A stretch of DNA of 64,000 nt, from assembly GCA_002811645.1 (NCBI GenBank), contig PDIP01000031.1, positions 62,001 to 126,000 on the forward strand, in the 5' to 3' direction. The position numbers and the translations under genes were made by a program. Below are positions 17,997-29,017 of this stretch, in pieces (position 1 is the first letter of the stretch; each line of letters starts with the position of its first letter). The stretch is from Corallochytrium limacisporum Hawaii (lineage: Eukaryota > Protista > Pluriformea). Under the pieces are notes generated by a model. The model saw only the letters and a list, made by a program, of their open reading frames with translations, did not search any database and was not told where the DNA came from.

Positions 17997-20318
17997 ATGT
18001 CACCGGGTCGAACCCGCCGTGGCGAAGATGGTGACTTCTTTGATGACGATCCTGGCCCACTACTAAATGAAACTGTGCGCCGACCCTACCATGACAACTT
18101 CGAGGATGAGGGATTCGACGGGGATGACCAAAATGGTATTCATCTGCAAACTTTTTCCAATGGTTCACCGCGAGGCTCTGGGACTCTCCGCGGGTACCAA
18201 GGAGGATCGGGTACATCGCCGGTGACCACCGCAGCGGAGCACCCGGCCGCAGCTCTGCTATTCGACGATGAGACCCCTGGGTCATGGGTTGCAAAGAGAT
18301 GGAAAGCTGTGGGTGTAGCAATCACAATTTCATTTCTGTTGGCAGCGCTGGCCACCGTCACAGCCCTTTTACTAGTATCCGAAAATCAGAGCAAGAACCG
18401 ATACAACAACGGCATGGGCCCTCGCCCGTCCGCTGTTCAGAACGGCGACGATGAGTCGTCGGATTTCCGTGACGCCCCGCGCCAAGGTTTCATCACACAG
18501 AAGTCCTATGGACAGAGTGCAGCGGCCACAGACGTACCGCAATGTAGTGAAATGGCTGCGAATATCATGCGCTGGTCCCACGGCAATGCGATCGATGCGG
18601 CGGTGACCGCGGCACTTTGTGTTGGTGGCATTAATGCCATGAGCAGTGGGATTGGGGGTGGTGGCTTCATGGTCGTGCGGACGGCCAAAGGTGAAGTGAA
18701 AGCAATTGATTTCCGCGAAACGGCTCCAGGAGCAGCCACTCAAGACATGTACGAGGGCAAACCCGAGGAAAGCAGAATAGGGGCCCGTGCCATGGGCGTC
18801 CCAGGTGAACTGGCTGGACTGCAAAAGGCGCATGACCACTACGGCCGTCTGAAATGGAAGGATGTCGTCATGCCGGTCGCGGATATGCTCGCCTCAGGAT
18901 TTGTCATCGGAGAACGCCTGGGTACGGATTTGCTAAAGCATGAGGAGCGTATTGTCAAATCGGAAACACTGGCCGCCGTCTACGCCGTAAATTTGACCGC
19001 TGGTGACGAAGCATTCTCCGGCGACCAAGATTACGACGACAATAACGTCGACAAGAACCCTACAAGCGGTTCCACCGGTGGAGCGGGGGGAGGTTATTCA
19101 CAGGGCTGTGGCGAGACGGGTTGCATCGGCTGGGATGGAAAGACGCGCATGCGAACCTACCGCAAGGGAGAGGTTATTCGCTTGCCAACGTTGGCCAAGA
19201 CCATGAAGATTATTGCGGAGAAGGGTGCCGATGCTTTCTACAAGGGTGAACTCACTGACATTTTTGTGGAAGATGTGCAGAGGCTGGGTGGCATCATCAC
19301 AAAACAGGATATGGCAGAATACAAGGCTCTGGTGAAGACGCCTTTGGAGAGCGAGTTCATGGGCTACCGCATCTGGACGTCACCACCTCCAGCAAGTGGT
19401 CCTGTTCTGCTTCACGCTCTTTCTATACTTGAGCAGTATGAAGAACTCCACCCGGAGACTCTAGACGACGAGAACAGTGCCGCCTTTTTACATCCGGCGG
19501 TGGAAGCCCTAAAATTTTCCTACGCTCTGCGCACCAAGATTGCCGATCCGGACTTTGCAGACATAAAGGAAGTTATGCTCGAGGCGTCCAGTGCAGGCAG
19601 CGCAGTTGCCAAAGCTCGCAAGATTGAACCTAATCTCACCCACGAGCCGGAGTATTATGGCCCCCACTTTGACATGGAGGAGACCCCGGGTACGACGCAC
19701 ATGAGTATCGTTGGCCCAGATGGTGATGCCGTCAGTTTGACATCGACGGTCAATCTTATCTTTGGTGCTGGGGTCATGTCCCCAGGCCTCGGGGTGGTAC
19801 TCAACAATGAAATGGATGACTTCAGCTCCCCCAACATTACCAACTACTTTGGTCTGCCGCCGTCGCCAGCAAATCACATCGCCCCTGGTAAGCGTCCGCT
19901 TTCGAGCAGCACTCCGGTTATCATTGAGGACAGCTCCAAAGAAGTCGTGCTCGTCCTCGGGGCCGCTGGCGGCACCAAGATCACCACTGGCGTCTACCAG
20001 GTGATTCTCCGTTGCCTAAAGTTCAAGCACAGCATCTTCAGCGCCATCGAAATGCCTCGCTTTCACCATCAGTTGGTACCGAACACAGTGACGGTGGAGT
20101 ACGGTATGTTCCACGGCTTTGACGACCCTGACGATCCGGATCTCAACCTAAACGTTGACACCATTGATACACTGAGTGTGTTGCAGTCATACAACCACAC
20201 TGTTGAGGTCCTGAAACCTGCGGGCTTCTTGTCTGTGATCCAAGGCGTGCAGCGACATAACGGCCGATGGTACGCGCACTCGGATGTTCGCAAGCACGGT
20301 CAAGCCGATGGATGGTGA
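17997..20318 (+). CDS. GGT: Gamma-glutamyltransferase (type II membrane protein)
   Basis: Cytosolic N-tail and a TM helix. GNAIDAAV, SGIGGGGF, IDFRETAP, GVPGELAG, catalytic Thr in GTTHMSIV, LNNEMDDFS, PGKRPLSS, GAAGGTKI, PRFHHQL. Confidence 0.95.
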   Translation: MSPGRTRRGEDGDFFDDDPGPLLNETVRRPYHDNFEDEGFDGDDQNGIHLQTFSNGSPRGSGTLRGYQGGSGTSPVTTAAEHPAAALLFDDETPGSWVAKRWKAVGVAITISFLLAALATVTALLLVSENQSKNRYNNGMGPRPSAVQNGDDESSDFRDAPRQGFITQKSYGQSAAATDVPQCSEMAANIMRWSHGNAIDAAVTAALCVGGINAMSSGIGGGGFMVVRTAKGEVKAIDFRETAPGAATQDMYEGKPEESRIGARAMGVPGELAGLQKAHDHYGRLKWKDVVMPVADMLASGFVIGERLGTDLLKHEERIVKSETLAAVYAVNLTAGDEAFSGDQDYDDNNVDKNPTSGSTGGAGGGYSQGCGETGCIGWDGKTRMRTYRKGEVIRLPTLAKTMKIIAEKGADAFYKGELTDIFVEDVQRLGGIITKQDMAEYKALVKTPLESEFMGYRIWTSPPPASGPVLLHALSILEQYEELHPETLDDENSAAFLHPAVEALKFSYALRTKIADPDFADIKEVMLEASSAGSAVAKARKIEPNLTHEPEYYGPHFDMEETPGTTHMSIVGPDGDAVSLTSTVNLIFGAGVMSPGLGVVLNNEMDDFSSPNITNYFGLPPSPANHIAPGKRPLSSSTPVIIEDSSKEVVLVLGAAGGTKITTGVYQVILRCLKFKHSIFSAIEMPRFHHQLVPNTVTVEYGMFHGFDDPDDPDLNLNVDTIDTLSVLQSYNHTVEVLKPAGFLSVIQGVQRHNGRWYAHSDVRKHGQADGW

Positions 20319-20448
20319 AGCAATAATTTCTTGTTTATTTCTCGTTTTGCGCTCGTCACAAAGACAAGCGAGAGCCTATCTCTATCTCCTTCTGAATAAA
20401 GAACAATTACATTTCAAAAGTTGCCGTGTGAACCTGAAAGCCACATGT

Positions 20449-23400
20449 TCACAGAGTCTTAGTCTTTCGTTTGTACTTTTTTTGGAAGTCATCCCAGCCC
20501 CGCTGGCTATACAGCGGACTCTCAAACGTCGGGTCGACCGCAGCCACCGATGTGGACCGCATCAAACTCTCAAAGGTAGGTGTGGCGAAGAGACTTGGTC
20601 TAGTACGCAGTGACAGGTTGGTCGTACCACTCAAAAGGACAGCCATCATCCGGTGCATATTCTGGCTGTCCCTCGGCGGCAGGATCATGATACTCCAATT
20701 CATGGCCATCAAATGCTTTACCTTGAGCAAGAAACGCAGATCGGGGCGGCCATGGTAGACAAGTATGGCCAGCTTCGACTCCTTCAATGCAGCGTCAACG
20801 ATGTAGTAACCGGTGCTTCTGTCCTGCAGACGAAGGGCAAACTTCGCGTCCTCTGCGAAAAGATCCTCGAGCATACGTCCCATGTCATCTATGATCTCTT
20901 TGTGACGAGTGAGAGACAGGCTATTGGCTGATCCATGCGACATGGCGGATGCTGCTACGGGGCTGATGCGTGTTTCCTTCCCTGGCCGGTAGGCCATAGC
21001 ACCCAGCTGCTCAGCATATGCCTCATACTGCTCTGGTACCCACAGATCACGAGCTTGCTGGGATCCTAAAGTAATGAACTTGGTTGCATTAACAATGTTC
21101 TGGTCGAAGAGGCGGGCAATTTCGGCATTGCCAAAGAGGTTCACATGGATGTGAAGTTGGTGTAGGTCTTGATTGGTGAAGGCTGGAGTCATGTGGTCAC
21201 AAATGACGTAGGGGCGGTGTTTTGCTACCCTGCTGGTGACAGCTCGCAGAGTCTCTGTGATACCGTTGACAGCCTGCATGCGTGCTGCTTCCTCGTTGCC
21301 CCGCAACACGGCACCAGCTCGCACAACACTTAGCAGTGCAGCAGTGCCGCGCGCCAGAGCTGCGGAGTGGGTCATGCTCGAATTGGCCAGTGCCAGCTTG
21401 ACTGCGGTGGCTTCCGTGTTAGAGATTTCAGGGTGTTGTCCTCCTTCGGCCACGAAGAGTCTCTCCGAGAAGTGTAAAGCGGATGCCAGCACCGGATCTC
21501 GACGTGGGTACTCAAAGACCTGCGTTTCGAGATACTTCTTCAGTACGCCCCATTCCCTTGGGTAAAGTTCTTGCAGTCGTGGAGCCATATCACCCAAGGC
21601 ACTAATATCACGAGACACCAACTTTGATAGAGTTGTCTTATTCACGACCAAGCGTCCGTGGCGGTCCTCATCCACAAGCTGCATCATAGCTTCCTGAGCC
21701 AAAGCCTGTGTTTTGCGTCCCGGCAGATCGATGGTCGCGCTTAGCAGTTCCAGTGCGTTGGAGGCAATATCCACATGACCATTTAGCCAGCGGTCAGCGA
21801 GGGCGTCAGCAACCTTTGTGACGCCCTGGGCATTGTCCAGGACGTGACCACACGCGACAAAGAGCGAGAGAGATGCGTCAGCATACACAGTTTGCGGCAA
21901 ACGTGCACTGACATGCCTCAGAGTTTCGTACGTCTTGGAGAGCAAACGGTACTGCTGGACTTGAACAGCCTTTTGCATACTGAGAAATGCCGTTAGATGG
22001 CACATTTGGGCTATGGACATTTGAGTCCACCATTGAAATCCGGCCTTATCACTATTGGCGATCATGTCCCAAATGCTCGTGCTCACAGCTTGATGATCCA
22101 TGATCCTCAAAAATGTGTCATGGCGATCCGGATACCGACATGCATGCATGAATGAGCTCACCAACGCTCCGACCAGTGCAAAATCATTGTGTCTGGGCAA
22201 ACGATTTAGAATCTCCGTCGCATACCAAAGCGTTGATCGTGCGGACACGTTGTCCTCAATGCAGAGGCCCACGATACCCAATTGGTACGCGCTCAAGAAG
22301 AAAATTTTCTGGTGGACTTCTTGAAGACAGGTAGATCGGAAAATGTCCGCGTCAGTCATGCCTGAAACCACTGAAAATCGAAAGGCAAGCACTATACTGT
22401 CCGCGTCCAGCTCGTGCAAATGAGGTCCCAATAACACTTTGAGATGATCCCGAAGTTCCATCCAGTAGCTCTCACGTTTGTACCAACTGTCATGTGAGAC
22501 AGCCTGTTGGTTATAAAATCGTTGCATTAATTTTCGAGCGAACATGAGGGATGTGTCATGGTCCAGGAGACCTGCTTTCTTCAGGTCGGCTCCTGACTTT
22601 ACTACGGCGCTGTAAGATCCATAGTCCAAAACGTCCTTGGACTGGCACAGCTCCCGGACCCAACCACGAGTCTCTCTCAGAGGATCTTCAAGGCTTTTAA
22701 CTTTCTCAACGTCCAAAATGCGACCTACTTTGCTGTTTGCGCGCCGCGGGGTCTGGTACGGCAAATCAAAGATAGGATTCTCTTCTGCCGTCTGTCGGAG
22801 AACATTAATCATATCTTCAACGCAGTCTACCGTCATGGGTACTTTGATAGTTGATCCATAAGTCGTTTCAGGTACCTCGCGGCTTGTTTTATCTATCACA
22901 CTTTCCAATTGGTCCTCATCGCTATTGCTCCGGTCGCGGGAGCACTCCAGGGCTTCCTCATTTCTCTGTGCCTGCATAGTTTCGGACGCCCTCATTGCCG
23001 CTGCAGTGGACTTGATGTTCTTGAGCTGAAATGTAGATAATTTGTCCTCTTTCCATTGTGGATATATACGTTGGGGTGTTTTCCCGGGATCCCTGTACAC
23101 AACTTGACCGATGGCCGCAAAAACAGCCTTCGCAGGCCTGTTCGGTGTCCTTTGGGAGGTCAGATCTGTAAGCCACTGAGGTCGAGCTGCCACTGTCTCT
23201 TCAATTGCCCGCACTTCGAATCTAGTGTGTTGCATGTCTCTAACTCGATGCCGTCTGGTGGGTCTCCGTTTCCACCGTGGCTTGAACGTTTGGCTAGGTA
23301 CCGGTGCATCAATGGTTTCCGACAAGTTTGGTCTCCCAGCCAATCCCGGGAGTTCCGGCAGTGGCTGTGATTGTGACTTTCCCTCTAAATCTCTGATCTT

Positions 23401-23490
23401 GGGTGAGGAAGCAATCCCATACCTAGTCAATCTCAAGGGATTTGAAGCGGCCGATCTCTGGCCTGCTCGCAACAGTCGTAACGACAGCAT
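20449..23490 (-). CDS. Putative mitochondrial helical-repeat protein with C-terminal RAP-like domain (FASTK-like)
   Basis: Presequence-like N-terminus (MLSLRLLRAGQRSAASNPLRLTRY) and a helical body. C-terminal YIVDAALKESKLAILVYHG...LKVKHLMAMNWSIMILP resembles a RAP domain. Confidence 0.62.
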   Translation of the reverse strand: MLSLRLLRAGQRSAASNPLRLTRYGIASSPKIRDLEGKSQSQPLPELPGLAGRPNLSETIDAPVPSQTFKPRWKRRPTRRHRVRDMQHTRFEVRAIEETVAARPQWLTDLTSQRTPNRPAKAVFAAIGQVVYRDPGKTPQRIYPQWKEDKLSTFQLKNIKSTAAAMRASETMQAQRNEEALECSRDRSNSDEDQLESVIDKTSREVPETTYGSTIKVPMTVDCVEDMINVLRQTAEENPIFDLPYQTPRRANSKVGRILDVEKVKSLEDPLRETRGWVRELCQSKDVLDYGSYSAVVKSGADLKKAGLLDHDTSLMFARKLMQRFYNQQAVSHDSWYKRESYWMELRDHLKVLLGPHLHELDADSIVLAFRFSVVSGMTDADIFRSTCLQEVHQKIFFLSAYQLGIVGLCIEDNVSARSTLWYATEILNRLPRHNDFALVGALVSSFMHACRYPDRHDTFLRIMDHQAVSTSIWDMIANSDKAGFQWWTQMSIAQMCHLTAFLSMQKAVQVQQYRLLSKTYETLRHVSARLPQTVYADASLSLFVACGHVLDNAQGVTKVADALADRWLNGHVDIASNALELLSATIDLPGRKTQALAQEAMMQLVDEDRHGRLVVNKTTLSKLVSRDISALGDMAPRLQELYPREWGVLKKYLETQVFEYPRRDPVLASALHFSERLFVAEGGQHPEISNTEATAVKLALANSSMTHSAALARGTAALLSVVRAGAVLRGNEEAARMQAVNGITETLRAVTSRVAKHRPYVICDHMTPAFTNQDLHQLHIHVNLFGNAEIARLFDQNIVNATKFITLGSQQARDLWVPEQYEAYAEQLGAMAYRPGKETRISPVAASAMSHGSANSLSLTRHKEIIDDMGRMLEDLFAEDAKFALRLQDRSTGYYIVDAALKESKLAILVYHGRPDLRFLLKVKHLMAMNWSIMILPPRDSQNMHRMMAVLLSGTTNLSLRTRPSLFATPTFESLMRSTSVAAVDPTFESPLYSQRGWDDFQKKYKRKTKTL

Positions 23491-23749
23491 CTGTGATAGC
23501 TTTAACCTGACCTGTGCATTTCACAACAGGCTCATGTCACCTTATGTGGACTCACTTTCATATTGGCTATGGTTTTTATTTCGACTTAACAGCCTATCAA
23601 ATGGGATCCGTCCATCACATACAGTACTCCTGCAGCACATGAGTTTGGCCCATGGATCCCTGTGCGGACGAAGCTCCACGCGACTGAAGTAGCCACCCAC
23701 CCCCACCCACCTGCACTGAGGCCCCTCCCCTATGCCTCTCCCCCCCTGG

Positions 23750-23773
23750 CCCCCCCCCCGGGGGGGGGGGGGG
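23750..23773. repeat. C10-G14 homopolymer junction
   Basis: Read directly; about 260 bp upstream of the RAP-protein start. Confidence 0.9.
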
Positions 23774-23985
23774 TGGGAGAGAAGGGTTTGGAGGAAATAG
23801 GTGGGGCAGGTGGGTTTCAGCGCATTGGAGCAAAGGAAGCGAAAACGGTCCTCAGGCTCTTGCTGCCGCTCAAATCGACAGGTATTCCGGTGGAGTCTGT
23901 TGTACACGGTCAGTGACGTCCGATACGGGAGATTCTCTTGTCTCTGTGTCATTTTATTGTAATACTTTCTAGTTGGGTTCCTCAT

Positions 23986-26850
23986 TTATTGCAGCTTCTG
24001 GTTCAGATTGATCTTGTCGCCTAGGCTGAGGGCAATTCCCTGTGTCTTAGCGCGGATGCGGACAAAGCCAACAACCTTGCCGTCAGGGCCACGCTCAATG
24101 CTTAGGTTGGCGAGCGCGTCCTCACCGAACGCGCTCTTGGCGTACAGATTGGCAGCCAGAAACTCGCATTCTTCGTCATCACCGGCCTGATCCGGTGTCA
24201 GGGAGGCCATGTTGGTGACCTTCAGCAGGTGGTCACGGTATTGGCGGAGATCGGTAATGTTGGTATTCACAGCGACCTTGTTCTCCCACTCAAACTCAGC
24301 CCACATGGAGCGGAATTTCTCGTCGGTGCATTCAGCACCGTGAATGTAGTCGCAGACATCGATATGTATGTCATTGAGGACCACGACATTGCGATCGGAA
24401 GTGCTACCTGTAACATCGTACACAATGTTGCCGAAGATGATACCAGTGTCCGTTGAGGACACCTTGATGTTGGACTTGATGGTGATGAAATCGTATGGTC
24501 CAACCGTGTACACGCTGGGCTTTTCGACAAGCTTCATGTCCCCTAGAGTAGCCAGTTCAAGACTCAGGTTCTGCAAGGTATCCTGGGTCTGGTTGACAAG
24601 CAACACGTCAAGGGCAATGTCGTACTCGTTGACATTCACATATGCCTCAGCGTAGACAGGGTCACTGAAACCTGTAAGCTGGTGCACCTTGTTCAGGCGG
24701 CTGGTGTCTACGTCTGCGTTCTTAGCAGATCCTACAGCAGCACTTAGTGAGAGCTCAAAAATGTCAGCTTCCTCCCCACCGGCATCCTTTAGCTTCAGCT
24801 GAGGGAAGCGTACACCTTCATCAATTCCAACCTCTTTGATCTCTTGAACATCGTTGATATGCGCACCAATGCCAGTCTTATCGAGATACTCCCGAAAGAC
24901 ATTGCGGGTTTGATGAGTCAGGACATCTGTGGTCCGAGCGTCGGGCTTTGCAAGAGCCTTGATGCACGCAATTATGCGATCCTTCGAATCGTTATCAATG
25001 GGATGGCTGGGAAATCCGCTACTGCCGAGGTGCAAGATGCTGCTCATGATAAGCATGCAGTGGGCCGCAAAGCGATTGGCCTCAATCTGATCTCCAACAG
25101 ATTGAGCATAGCGCATAGCCAGCTTGGTAAGAGTACTACTCACCACGGCAGCTGTGAAAAAGTCACCATGCAAGAAGCATGTTCGCAGTCCTTTCACGTC
25201 TGATTCTTCGGCAGCGGCCATATACTTAGGCACAGCAATAGTTTCGGTGACATAAACACCTTCCTCTGTAACACGGGTGATGGTCTTGTACTGTGCTGAG
25301 TCCTTACCAGGGGCATCGGGCTGAGTCTCATCGATCTGCTCAGCACTCTTTAGCAAAGTGTCCACGATGGGCAACTCACCAATTGCTGCCGTAACAGCAT
25401 CATGCACTGCTTTGATTTCTTCCACGCCGGTGGCGTACTCGCCCAGGACCCAGAGAGCCATCCTGAATACTGGACCGTCGCGAATCATATCGAATCCGCT
25501 CAAAAGTTTTTCTAAAATTGGTTTTCGGAACGCCTCGAAACGCTCAACAGCCTCCTTGACAAATTGAATGACATCCTCGGAGGCAGAGGAACCGGAATCT
25601 GCCAGGAAGTCCATAAGGAGGGGCACAATATGAGCGGTAATTTTCGGGAACTGGACACCGCAGCGGTGTAGAGCACGAATCAACAAATGACGGTACTCCG
25701 ATGCCATTTCGTACTCTTCCGTGTTTGTTGTGCTCATCATTTCCTTCCGCAGGACCTTCACTGCACTTTCTACATTCTTAGGAGTCAGCAGGTCCAGAGC
25801 GATATTGAGAACCTTCTCACGCACCTGCAAAGACGGGGCTGACAGGATTTTCATCAGATCCATAACTAGCTCCTGAACAATAGTGGGATGGTCTGCTTTG
25901 AACTCAGCAAGCTTATCCATGACAATCAGCTTAACGTTGTTGTCACTCTCCTTCATGACAAGGTCAATGCAGCAGGTGGCCGCTGCCTTGATGGCAGTGG
26001 GAGCAGAGCTCAGAGTTGCCAGGGTTGTGGCTGCCTGGTACCGCACAGCTCCCGACGGCGCATCCAACAAATCATACACGCAGCGAATGAAACGAGCCCT
26101 CTGCGTTGGATCCTGGCGACAAACCTTGTAAATGAGCTCCACCATGATCAGCTGCAAGATGTCCCCAAACTGAGGGACCTGGTCCAATACGCTGAACATG
26201 TACTCTACAGCACGGTCCTGATCAGCGTACACCAGCATCATGAAAGCATTGCGCTTAGAAGGTAAATCATTCTCCTGTTGCAGGAATTCGTAGATCAAAT
26301 CAGGTGCGTCCGGGATGAGAAAGTCAAAACTCTGGTAGATGGTGAAAATGGCCAACACAGCATTACGGCGCACGTAGGCAGTGCGATGTTCCAGACATGC
26401 ACGAATGGCTGGCATAAGAGGCTCCAAAAGTTCACTCTCCTTCAGTTTGCAGAGGAAGCGAAGTGTACTGCCCCGAATGAACTCGTTGGGATGTTGCAAG
26501 TCTTTCCGGTACGCGTCACAGACGAGAATCATTTCCTGCTTAAGCTTCCCGTCTGAATTGTACTTGGGCACGATTTCCCAGAAGATAAGCAACAGCTTCT
26601 TAATTGTATGATCCTTGCTTGGCAGAACGTAGCGGATAACCAGCATAAGCATATTGGGGCTGAAATGTTCTCCATTTAGCATCATCGTGATTGCCATGTT
26701 TAGCATGTAAATCTTTTCTCGGTCATTCCCTTTTTCAAAAACTTTTTTGATATCTGCTTCGGAAGGAAAACCTTCCTCAGTTAGAGGATAGATTAAGGTG
26801 TAGCATGGGGGCTCTGACAGCCCAGTGGCCGCTCCACCAGCGCCCGGCAT
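23986..26850 (-). CDS. COPB1: Coatomer subunit beta (beta-COP)
   Basis: EMILVCDAYRKDLQHPNEFIRGSTLRFLCKLKE, QLTGFSDPVYAEAYV, FRSMWAEFEWENKV, RIRAKTQGIALSLGDKI; 954 aa. Confidence 0.98.
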   Translation of the reverse strand: MPGAGGAATGLSEPPCYTLIYPLTEEGFPSEADIKKVFEKGNDREKIYMLNMAITMMLNGEHFSPNMLMLVIRYVLPSKDHTIKKLLLIFWEIVPKYNSDGKLKQEMILVCDAYRKDLQHPNEFIRGSTLRFLCKLKESELLEPLMPAIRACLEHRTAYVRRNAVLAIFTIYQSFDFLIPDAPDLIYEFLQQENDLPSKRNAFMMLVYADQDRAVEYMFSVLDQVPQFGDILQLIMVELIYKVCRQDPTQRARFIRCVYDLLDAPSGAVRYQAATTLATLSSAPTAIKAAATCCIDLVMKESDNNVKLIVMDKLAEFKADHPTIVQELVMDLMKILSAPSLQVREKVLNIALDLLTPKNVESAVKVLRKEMMSTTNTEEYEMASEYRHLLIRALHRCGVQFPKITAHIVPLLMDFLADSGSSASEDVIQFVKEAVERFEAFRKPILEKLLSGFDMIRDGPVFRMALWVLGEYATGVEEIKAVHDAVTAAIGELPIVDTLLKSAEQIDETQPDAPGKDSAQYKTITRVTEEGVYVTETIAVPKYMAAAEESDVKGLRTCFLHGDFFTAAVVSSTLTKLAMRYAQSVGDQIEANRFAAHCMLIMSSILHLGSSGFPSHPIDNDSKDRIIACIKALAKPDARTTDVLTHQTRNVFREYLDKTGIGAHINDVQEIKEVGIDEGVRFPQLKLKDAGGEEADIFELSLSAAVGSAKNADVDTSRLNKVHQLTGFSDPVYAEAYVNVNEYDIALDVLLVNQTQDTLQNLSLELATLGDMKLVEKPSVYTVGPYDFITIKSNIKVSSTDTGIIFGNIVYDVTGSTSDRNVVVLNDIHIDVCDYIHGAECTDEKFRSMWAEFEWENKVAVNTNITDLRQYRDHLLKVTNMASLTPDQAGDDEECEFLAANLYAKSAFGEDALANLSIERGPDGKVVGFVRIRAKTQGIALSLGDKINLNQKLQ

Positions 26851-27664
26851 TGTGATTCGTTGAGTTTATCGTTGCAATCCCGATCACAGCAACCGTTCTG
26901 AGCATGAAGGAGTGCATTCCATCGGATTCTGGCGGTTTGCGTAGTTTAAATAACCTTGGGGACATATCCAGATATTCTTTGCTTCAATCGTTTTCAATCG
27001 ACTGCCCTCGGACCCGGAACAACGACCATAAATGTTGACAATCGATACGACAGCGGCCGATTGCGCCGCCACCTGCGCGGTTTGCGCCACACGACATCTT
27101 CATCTCTGTCCCTGTCGTCGGACCTCCAGTGTTTTCCCGGTACATTTCCTACGACTCAGAACACACACTGAAGCCCCCGCGCCTTTCGTATTCGGACTCT
27201 GCCTCGCAGTCCCCTACTTTCGCGACTAACCCCGCACCGAAGCAACCAAAGGGAAAACAAAAACAAAAAACACACAAGTCCCTGGTCTGGCCCCCCGCTG
27301 GTCCCTTGTAACCCGGTGAACTGCTGCCCCCTCCTGTACACCCGTCTAACCTTTGCTTGTGTGGCTGTTTTTGTGACCGGTAGAAAGGGCCGATTGGGAA
27401 AGCCAGCGAGGAGTCAAGGAGGCGGGTGTGTACATTTCTATAGCAAGTGTTGGTGCATTTTGAACACAGCTTGAGGGCTTCCCAGAAATTGAACCCCTAA
27501 CTTTATTTAATGATATTCTAAGTCTTTCTTGATCGTTGGCCGGGCTCTGGGGGGTCGCCGGGAACTGGTACTATGAACTTTGGTTTAATGCTTGGTCATT
27601 TAGAGTTATTGGTAGGACTATTCGAAACAAAGCAATGGGTTGGAACAAGTGATTATCGCACACT

Positions 27665-29017
27665 TTAGTTCTTCCCGTTCATTTGGATGGGAGTGTGCAA
27701 GAATTTCTTGGTGGCATCAGCGCCCGAGTACTCGCCGGCGGTCTGGCCGTGGCCGTACAGCTTGTACTTGTAGATTATCAGTCCCTCCAGTCCCACTGGA
27801 CCACGGGCATGTGTCTTGTTGGTGCCTACACCAATCTCAGCACCGAAACCATAGCGGAAACCGTCAGCGAAGCGAGTGGAGGCGTTGTGGTAGACACCAG
27901 CGGAGTCAACAGCATGCATGAACTTCTCTGCATTGGCCTTGTTCTCGGTCACAATCAGGTCCGTATGGTGACTTCCAGTTGCATTGATGTAGTCGATGGC
28001 TTCATCCAAGTCATCCACAACCTTAGCACCCAAAGTAAACTCAAGAAATTCGGTCATAAAGTCCTCTTCGGTGGCATCCTTGACCTTCTCAGCGGCACCC
28101 TCGATGCTCATAATGGCCTCCTTGGTGTCCTTGTCAGCGCGGATCTCGACGCCAGCCTTGATCAAAGCCTCAGCGACCACAGGCCAGACGTCATTAAGTT
28201 TAGATCGGTGCACCAAAACGCGTTCCAGAGCGTTGCAGGCTGCGCAGTACTGGGTCTTGGAGTCGACCAGGACCTTGGCCGCCGTCTCTGATACTGCAGA
28301 CTCGTCAATGTAAGCACCACAAATACCGTCGGCGTGACCCAGAACGGGCATGCGAGCTTTAGATTGTACGTGCTTGATAAGTGATTTGCCGCCGCGGGGA
28401 ATGACGAGATCGATATACTCGTCCATCTCTAACAGAGCACCGATTTCGTCCCGAGTTGTGACCAGCTGCACGCACTCTTTCGGGATCTCTGGGACCTTGG
28501 AGAAAGCGGATTGCACAATATCGACCAGCACAGCGTTGGAGTGAGCCGCTTCCTTGCCTCCCTTCAAAATGACAGCATTGCCCGATTTCATGGTGAGGCT
28601 GGAGATCTGAATGTTGACTTCAGGTCGGGCCTCAAAGATAATGCAAATGACACCCACGGGGCAGGTGACCCGGTACAAGTCCAGACCCTCGTCCAAGTGT
28701 GTGGCCAGGGTTACCTTGCCACAGGGATCGTCCAGCTTTTTGACATCACCGACACCTTCAAGCAGAGCTTTGAACTTAGAACCACCCGGACCCTCGATGT
28801 CGAGGCGCTTGAACAGAGAGGCGGAAATGGCCCCTTCCTTCACAGCTGTCTCAGCGGCCTCCTTGTCCTTCTTGTTGGCCTCAATGATCTCGTCCTTGCG
28901 AGCTTCCAGTTCTTCACGCAGATAGTCCAGAGCTAAATTTTTCTTCTCAATGGGTACTGCCGCCAGTTTCTGGGCCGCCAGGCGGGCGTTACGTGCCAAA
29001 GTCTGGATATCGCTCAT
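27665..29017 (-). CDS. PRO2: Gamma-glutamyl phosphate reductase (stand-alone, PRO2/ProA type)
   Basis: IIFEARPE, KSGNAVILKGGKEA, LVIPRGG, VLGHADGIC, catalytic ACNALE, NASTRFADGFRYGFGAEIG, HARGPVGLEGL. Start set at ATG 29017. Confidence 0.96.
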   Translation of the reverse strand: MSDIQTLARNARLAAQKLAAVPIEKKNLALDYLREELEARKDEIIEANKKDKEAAETAVKEGAISASLFKRLDIEGPGGSKFKALLEGVGDVKKLDDPCGKVTLATHLDEGLDLYRVTCPVGVICIIFEARPEVNIQISSLTMKSGNAVILKGGKEAAHSNAVLVDIVQSAFSKVPEIPKECVQLVTTRDEIGALLEMDEYIDLVIPRGGKSLIKHVQSKARMPVLGHADGICGAYIDESAVSETAAKVLVDSKTQYCAACNALERVLVHRSKLNDVWPVVAEALIKAGVEIRADKDTKEAIMSIEGAAEKVKDATEEDFMTEFLEFTLGAKVVDDLDEAIDYINATGSHHTDLIVTENKANAEKFMHAVDSAGVYHNASTRFADGFRYGFGAEIGVGTNKTHARGPVGLEGLIIYKYKLYGHGQTAGEYSGADATKKFLHTPIQMNGKN

